Part shown: positions 59,001-64,000 of the stretch, one piece after another
Numbering within the stretch: the stretch's first letter is position 1
Layout: the number at the start of each line of letters is the position of its first letter
NCBI GenBank assembly: GCA_964426545.1
Contig: CAYRQP010000005.1
Coordinates: forward strand, 31,315 to 95,314
From: an uncultured bacterium
GTDB lineage: Bacteria > Fermentibacterota > Fermentibacteria > Fermentibacterales > JCC-6
Direction of reading: 5' to 3'
Length of the DNA stretch: 64,000 nt
Notes under the pieces: generated by a model
Database searches by the model: none
Told to the model about the DNA's origin: nothing
The model's input: only the letters and a program-made list of their open reading frames with translations
Program-made: the position numbers and the translations under genes

Positions 59001-60597
59001 CAGCAGTTTTCAGAATCAGGAAAGTTCATTCAATAATGCATTCCTCTCATATTTCGCCGCCTACGAAGGTGTCGGAGTCGATACACTGGATATACTTGGA
59101 AAAATGAAAGAGACGGTTATGGACTTCGAACGGGCATTTCCTCAGGGAGAGAATATCGCCGAAGACTATTGGCTGACGGCAATCCCGTTCTTTAATGCCG
59201 GACATTATTCTGATGTGAGAGAATTGCTCGAACCACTCTACGAAGACCAGTATTCCGGATATGCGGCCCGTTCAGCCAAATACATAGGTGATACATATAG
59301 TATTGATTCATTGTATGCCGATGCGGAACTATGGTATGACAGAGCCGAACAGATGGCATTTATCACGGGCGAAGACCTCGAAGCGGACATCGGATATCTG
59401 GCGGCAAGTTCAGCCTATAGTGATGCAATCTCCCTCGCTGAAAGCGAAACTTCTGAGGATCTGATCGCCGCTGCAGAAAGATGGGAACAGACAGCCATGT
59501 CTTATCCAAACACAGAAGTAGCCCCGGTTTCCCTGGATGATGCTGCAGATGCTTTCGACCGCGCAGGAGATATTGCCAATGCAGTCAGGGTATATGAAAA
59601 ACTCGCTGATCTTTATCCCCAATATATAAATTGTCCGCAAGGGCTGCTTCGGGCAGCATTTCTTCTGCGGGAGGATGAGCAGTTCACGCGTGCAGCACAG
59701 ATGTATGTAAGGGTCTATAATGAGTATCCGGGTTATGAAGGTGTGGTCAATGCACTCAGTACAGCTGCTCTGAGTTATGAAGATGCAGATGATATGTACA
59801 ATGCAATAAGCATCTACTCCAGAATTGCTACAGAGCGTGTCGGTGGCGCCGCAACAGTCATAGAAGCTTATGCGAAAATAGGGCTGTATGAATATGAGAG
59901 GGGCAACATCACAGTTGCAAGCGGGGATTTTTCGAATGTACTGTCTCTATATGATGAATATAGAGATGGTGTAACAACATATCCTGCAATGGCAGCATTC
60001 TATCTTGCTGAGGCTATGGGAGACAGTTATTATGCTCTTCCGCCTGCCAACACAGAGAATGTAGGATACAGAACTCAGCTTTTCAATGATGCTATTGCAT
60101 CTTACAACAGGACATTCAACTATCTGGAGGATGATTATCTCTTCCGTGCCGTTCTTAAGATTGGTGAACTGCAGATGGATTATGCAAATACAGTCGGGTT
60201 CATGGAAGCACCGGCAGGACTAACTCCCGAAGATGAAGATGTATTTTACAATACGCTGTTAGCAGTCTATGATGACTATTTTGCCAGGGCTATCTCGAGT
60301 TACGAAACAGGATTGGGTATAGCGGTCGAAAATGACATCCGAACTGTGTGGACAGATTCTATTGCCGCCAACCTCGACAATGTTGCATTCGGAGCAAGTA
60401 TAAATCTTGGATATACCGAGCCTGCGGAGCCGGAACCGGTGATAGAAGTGTCGGATACGACTTCCGTAAGTTCTGACAGCACCGATTTAGTACTGAATGA
60501 TAGTATATACACCGGAGATATTCAGGAGATTGATATCGCTGTGCCTGACGAATCTGCAACCGAGGATGACGGGGGGTGTTTCCTATGGCCATTCTAA
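56080..60597 (+). CDS. Large secreted TPR protein, GltC/GltD(AgmU)-like
   Basis: Signal peptide; many TPRs (DVALYSLGYCL, GLYKLGWTKY); C-terminal AVLKIGEL..P.GLTPEDEDVFYNTL..AISSYETGL..W pattern resembling GltD; central coiled coil. Confidence 0.7.
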   Translation: MKHSPLLVTTLITAVLLFGMSFAEDTPDTTDDTETTPDTLLTSYRLDAAAAELSNLEAQIALEEARLIDIEAELVLLRRESAMVSSAGSAFLLAEELYTSGSIVWAKEAFESVVENFDDSPYYSEAIFRLELILFELQDYEAANDYFNLLRSVDPAFEHIDLALITAGLAQFNLKDYDSSLEYYEQVAPSGEYGALATYLTAVVYIENDNIDQAQTTFENILNRSGNLSGSVELADRTRIALAQLKVDEGKLDEAIDYYSQVSPFSGYYDVAMLGKIWAYMRQEEYQKAYDLAARVMQEVPASELKEEFELAMANCALGAEDLDIAVSMYQNLLSRHIQVEENQDIFLSEHNVAAEEYEQERERLDRIRLGLAELKEEAYEQGDEELVALITAEELALRELFVEISNLEVMLSLPMNMSTETMIQTLESLIRENQDETQMLALAIGDVRDLAEIHGTEQDRANLIELEEEVERIRLALQDLSTKFESSMAVGHDWVEETEYGIAIATFMERELKRDSVTYLSLYYSEKIQEAYDSGDSSSANSLEEMRNEQISKLNERIDEDAVVSAGYFEEYDANYPDSRFIPDVLVRLAQLYYDIDGRIHDDLLANAEEGEYIPDDYSRSIELYEKIISEYPGSELEDVALYSLGYCLENMMDFEAGVDRYQELLLKHSTSVLAAECNIRVGNYHFDNLRYDSAFVYYNRILEFPAASPNLYQHGLYKLGWTKYLQKDYVGSIAVFAYLLQDDRTIQELNIERQGDMRIINEARQYMAYNFLEMGDSVSVLPPVPSALTFLTEFNDIETTISVLKQMAEISTGAEDWQTVIEAYQALLTADPTSPNAPYYQADIALAYEQNEQFANAADARDVLVAVYGENGEWFAVIDADSALAFSADSLRVNSLESAIQYYLELCVNTKEQPAAYQTSNEELIDRILLYLAEYPSSQKVYDFKVYLGDAYYHLTDYENAGDVYYSVAMDSSSFQNQESSFNNAFLSYFAAYEGVGVDTLDILGKMKETVMDFERAFPQGENIAEDYWLTAIPFFNAGHYSDVRELLEPLYEDQYSGYAARSAKYIGDTYSIDSLYADAELWYDRAEQMAFITGEDLEADIGYLAASSAYSDAISLAESETSEDLIAAAERWEQTAMSYPNTEVAPVSLDDAADAFDRAGDIANAVRVYEKLADLYPQYINCPQGLLRAAFLLREDEQFTRAAQMYVRVYNEYPGYEGVVNALSTAALSYEDADDMYNAISIYSRIATERVGGAATVIEAYAKIGLYEYERGNITVASGDFSNVLSLYDEYRDGVTTYPAMAAFYLAEAMGDSYYALPPANTENVGYRTQLFNDAIASYNRTFNYLEDDYLFRAVLKIGELQMDYANTVGFMEAPAGLTPEDEDVFYNTLLAVYDDYFARAISSYETGLGIAVENDIRTVWTDSIAANLDNVAFGASINLGYTEPAEPEPVIEVSDTTSVSSDSTDLVLNDSIYTGDIQEIDIAVPDESATEDDGGCFLWPF

Positions 60598-61046
60598 AGA
60601 TATGTAAGTTATGTATAATTGGACTCCTGATGCTAATACCAGTACGGAGCCTTGCCCAGACTGAAGAAGAAGGAGCATCTGCCACATGGTCAGGGGGCAG
60701 GCTTGTTCTCGAAGAAATAGAAATCAGGGGTGAATTACGCACCCCCCAGGCAATATTTATGATGCTTAAAACTACTCCTGACCTGAGCAATGTACTTCTT
60801 GAACGAAGCTTTCTCGAGGATGTAGTTCGTCCTATCTATCCGGGTGCTTATACCGATGATCCCATTTTTGGATCAGCAAGAGAAACCTCCGTACTCCCCG
60901 CATGGGTCAGATATGGATCAGTGGTTGTTTTGGGCGGTATTTCGGGATATAGTTATTCGCAGGATAAGGATGAAGAGGGTTTTGTCTTTGCTGTAATTGC
61001 CGGAATCGATCTTATCGGAAATATTATTCTGGAACTTGTCAACTAA
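60585..61046 (+). CDS. Small exported protein, GltF/CglF-like, with extra C-terminal hydrophobic hairpin
   Basis: Signal peptide; LVLEEIEIRGELRTPQAIF..RSFLEDVV resembles the GltF-type I.G....P...(F/Y) motif; start 60585 or GTG 60576. Confidence 0.55.
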   Translation: MAILKICKLCIIGLLMLIPVRSLAQTEEEGASATWSGGRLVLEEIEIRGELRTPQAIFMMLKTTPDLSNVLLERSFLEDVVRPIYPGAYTDDPIFGSARETSVLPAWVRYGSVVVLGGISGYSYSQDKDEEGFVFAVIAGIDLIGNIILELVN

Positions 61047-61115
61047 TTGTTAAGTAGTGTAAGAAAAATGTTCAACTTTTGAAATCGTAGATTTGAAAAA
61101 GAGAAGGGAAAATTA

Positions 61116-61967
61116 ATGAAAAGAAACAGACTTCCGATACTATTGGCTGTTCTTATGATCTTTGCAGGAGGAATCGTGTTTGCACAGACAGAAGAAGCAG
61201 CAATAGATTCTTTGATCGCTGATACGACTGCAATAGCAGATACAGATATCATTGCTGCAGCACCGGCAACACCTGTAGAAGAGCCCGACACAGTTGCAAC
61301 TGAAGAAACTCCGGAAGAAGTGACAAGCGGAAGCATATTCTCACAGGCAGCGGATTTCTTCCGCAAGGGCGGATTTGCCATGTGGTTCATTCTTGTTTTC
61401 CTTGCATGCGGACTGGCGATAATTGTAGAGAGGGTGATATTCCTGTACTCTGTTGCAAACATCAAGCCGGAACGGTTCATGGGAAAGATAGCAGACCTCA
61501 TTCGTAAGGGAAGCGTAGAAGGTGCCATTGCATCCTGCGGAGAAAGCCATGCCCCGCTCGCGAGAATCATCGATTCAGCACTTCGTAATCACAGGAATAC
61601 TGAGCGTGACATCCAGAACGCAGTCGATGAAATGGCTCTCGCAGAACTGCCGCGATTGAATGCGCGAACAGGTTACCTGGCCATGCTTGCCAATGTGTGT
61701 ACGATGGTCGGACTACTTGGTACGATATTTGGTCTTATTGAAGCATTCAGGTCTGTTGCAGCAGCCGACCCTGCCGAGAAGACAATAATGCTTGCAAATG
61801 GTATTTCGACGGCTATGAGTACAACTGCATTCGGACTGATTGCTGCCATCCCATTGCTCATTGCACATTCGGTTCTTACATCCAAAACCGATGCTTTGGT
61901 TGATGATATCGACAGATTTTCTGTGATGGTCATCAACATGCTTGCTCAGTCCCGGAAGGAGGGCTGA
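61116..61967 (+). CDS. MotA/TolQ/ExbB proton channel protein (AglR-like)
   Basis: MLANVCTMVGLLGTIFGLIEAF, GISTAMSTTAFGL; N-terminal signal peptide and acidic linker. Confidence 0.92.
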   Translation: MKRNRLPILLAVLMIFAGGIVFAQTEEAAIDSLIADTTAIADTDIIAAAPATPVEEPDTVATEETPEEVTSGSIFSQAADFFRKGGFAMWFILVFLACGLAIIVERVIFLYSVANIKPERFMGKIADLIRKGSVEGAIASCGESHAPLARIIDSALRNHRNTERDIQNAVDEMALAELPRLNARTGYLAMLANVCTMVGLLGTIFGLIEAFRSVAAADPAEKTIMLANGISTAMSTTAFGLIAAIPLLIAHSVLTSKTDALVDDIDRFSVMVINMLAQSRKEG

Positions 61968-62539
61968 TGGCACAGGCAGCCAGTGGACGAAGCCGCAGAA
62001 AAAAGCGTGCGGAAGAACTCGATCTTCTTCCCGTGATGAACCTTTTCTGTGTTATAATCCCTTTCCTGCTTTTCAGTGCCAGCTTTCTTGAGATTACTGT
62101 TATAGAAATGAGTCCCACTGAAGGTATAGGACAGGGGGGAGCAGGAACCACAAACCTTGCCAAAAGCGAGGAAGAACTGCTTCAGCCCAGGATAATAATG
62201 ACTACCGATGAGATGTTCCTGGGAACGGTATTCGGGACAATTCCGGTGTGTGATGCTCACTGGGTTGAGCACGACGGCGAGACTATCAGAAGCTATGATT
62301 ATTCTGCACTGGGAGACGAACTCGATAATCTCAGGAACGAACTGACCACTCAGTTTCCTTCAGTACCCGTCAGCAAGATCATCATACTTGCCCAGGATGA
62401 AATACGGTATTCAAATCTGATAGATGCAATTGACACTGCCCGTGAGTACGGCTTTGACCAGCCGGGACTGCAGGTATCGGCAGCTGAAGTGATTGCACGG
62501 CAACTAGCTGCAATGGAAGCTGCAGGAGGTGTGGAATAA
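61967..62539 (+). CDS. ExbD/TolR family protein 1 (Agl-type; Asn at the usual TM Asp position)
   Basis: ELDLLPVMNLFCVIIPFLL; IIILAQDEIRYSNLIDAIDTARE. Confidence 0.85.
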   Translation: MAQAASGRSRRKKRAEELDLLPVMNLFCVIIPFLLFSASFLEITVIEMSPTEGIGQGGAGTTNLAKSEEELLQPRIIMTTDEMFLGTVFGTIPVCDAHWVEHDGETIRSYDYSALGDELDNLRNELTTQFPSVPVSKIIILAQDEIRYSNLIDAIDTAREYGFDQPGLQVSAAEVIARQLAAMEAAGGVE

Positions 62540-63063
62540 TGGCAATGAAACCTTCACAGAGAAAAGTGCCGCTTCTCCTTGGTTACAAGAAGAACAAGGC
62601 AATCATGCGCGGAAAGGACAAGAAAGTAACATTAAACCTTACTTCCATGATAGATATGTTCACTATTCTTGTCGTATTTCTTCTTAAAAGTTACAGTGCA
62701 GAAGGTCAACTCATTACAATAAGTGATTCACTGACGCTCCCACAATCGGTTTCAGCGGAAACAGTCGAATTGAATCTCGATATCGTGGTCAGCAGAGATG
62801 TCATACTTGTAGACGGCGATCCGGTTTACGAGATAGGCGAACAACTGATAGACGGCAGCCCGATACCATTACTTGTCGACCGGCTTTCAGACCATATGGA
62901 ATATACACTGGCCAGTCGGGGTAATACCGGTGAGGATATGGAAATTAATATTCAGGCAGATGTCGCCACACCGGCACTTCTTCTTCAAAAGGTAATGGCA
63001 AGTTGCGGCGCGGCAGGTTATGTAACTCAAAATCTGGCGGTGATCAAAGCAGGAGGCGAATAA
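62539..63063 (+). CDS. ExbD/TolR family protein 2 (AglS-like)
   Basis: LNLTSMIDMFTILVVFLLKSYSAEG; INIQADVATP..LQKVMASC. Confidence 0.88.
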   Translation: MAMKPSQRKVPLLLGYKKNKAIMRGKDKKVTLNLTSMIDMFTILVVFLLKSYSAEGQLITISDSLTLPQSVSAETVELNLDIVVSRDVILVDGDPVYEIGEQLIDGSPIPLLVDRLSDHMEYTLASRGNTGEDMEINIQADVATPALLLQKVMASCGAAGYVTQNLAVIKAGGE

Positions 63064-63064
63064 G

Positions 63065-64000
63065 ATGACTACCGAGAAGACTGAGAAAAAAGTACTGGCT
63101 ATAGCTGCAAGGCGCGACGGAAAAGTAATCGGGAAATATCTTCCGGGCAAAAAACCAATTTGTCTGGGTTTTGGTTATGACAGCGATATTATTGTAGAAG
63201 AAGATTCAGGATTACCCGAAAGTCTTGTACTCATCAGCAAGAGTGAAACCCCGGACGAATGGGAGCTCAAACTAACCGATGGAATGCAGTGCGTAATTAC
63301 ATCGGGAGACGGATCGAAACTCAATTTCGAAGACATGAAAGACTTCGGGATATTCCCCGTTGCTTCAGATGGCTGTTATATGTTGACTTTCAAGTATGGT
63401 GATACCGCCGAAATACATGCTGGTACAACGGAGGTAAAAATAGGGTTTGTACCCCCTCCTGCCAAAGCCAAAAAAGTAATGCCGAAAATCAAGCAATCGA
63501 AGAAGGCGGAATCAGTCGAACCTTCTAAAAATACTGATTTTGTTCTGAAACTCGTCATTACTGATTCTTCCGGTGAAAGGGAATTATTTCCCAAAGCAGG
63601 ATTGATGACTGTCGGACAGGCTGATTACAACACTGTATGCTGCACTTCATGCAAAAAACTACCAAGAATTCACACTCTTCTTGAACCTGTTGATGATAGA
63701 TACAAATTGACACTTATTCCGTCTATCAAAGGCGGGATTTACATAAAAGGCAAGAAAATAGAGTTTTCTACATTCATTAAGCGAAACCTGATGCAGAAAG
63801 ACCCTTCGGTTGAAGGTCAATACTCCTGGATATTCGTTAAGAACATTACCGGTGTATTCGACATTGGAGACACAAATATATCATTCAGTTTTGTAGAACC
63901 ACCCGCAGTTGTTGAGAAAAAACCGGAACCTGTTGAAATTCCTAAGGTCAAACAAATTGTCCCCGAGTACAATTGGGAGGATTTCGGCACCCGTCCGCAT
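63065..64000 (+). CDS. GltG/AgmX-like protein, N-terminal part with two tandem FHA-like domains (3'-truncated; absent from ORF track)
   Basis: Hand translation: 312 open codons from ATG 63065 to window end; domain 1 VLAIAARRDGKVIG..KIGFVPPP, domain 2 VLKLVITD..SFSFVEPP. Confidence 0.7.
   Translation, partial: MTTEKTEKKVLAIAARRDGKVIGKYLPGKKPICLGFGYDSDIIVEEDSGLPESLVLISKSETPDEWELKLTDGMQCVITSGDGSKLNFEDMKDFGIFPVASDGCYMLTFKYGDTAEIHAGTTEVKIGFVPPPAKAKKVMPKIKQSKKAESVEPSKNTDFVLKLVITDSSGERELFPKAGLMTVGQADYNTVCCTSCKKLPRIHTLLEPVDDRYKLTLIPSIKGGIYIKGKKIEFSTFIKRNLMQKDPSVEGQYSWIFVKNITGVFDIGDTNISFSFVEPPAVVEKKPEPVEIPKVKQIVPEYNWEDFGTRPH

Noticed and set aside
60568-60597. CFI-box/GlyGly-CTERM sorting signal at the TPR protein end
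   Set aside because: GGCFLWPF lacks the following transmembrane or extended conserved segment; kept only as a curiosity

Overview
Gene-dense bacterial chromosomal window. T9SS-type C-terminal sorting domain, paralogous 6-bladed beta-propeller lipoproteins and a long FTCD suggest an anaerobic FCB-group organism, possibly Ca. Fermentibacterota-like (inference, not verified). Left to right: a xanthine-dehydrogenase-family/purine catabolism cluster (1-5269, resuming at 12448-15157) split by an accessory block (decayed IS3, glutathione peroxidase, decayed MNT-HEPN toxin-antitoxin pair, TagF-like transferase, AAA/DUF4143 ATPase); a cation:proton antiporter with a PTS-EIIA/P-II-like fusion partner; NitT/TauT-type ABC transporter; TonB; Mla/Pqi-type ABC system; htpG; secreted propeller proteins; a frameshifted BNR/T9SS protein and a decayed BrnT/BrnA pair; a DtxR-FeoA/feoB/feoC locus with two TTTAG-N6-CTAAA boxes; three families of REP-like palindromic repeats; tldD/tldE; radical SAM, tkt, ftcD, GH84, thyX. 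From 55.1 kb to the right edge lies an operon resembling the myxobacterial Agl-Glt machinery: outer-membrane protein, 1505-aa TPR protein, GltF-like protein, one MotA/TolQ, two ExbD/TolR and a GltG-like ORF missing from the ORF track. This operon is the strongest candidate for an undescribed system. No rRNA, tRNA or CRISPR array was recognised. Family assignments rest on motif recognition only; no database searches were run.
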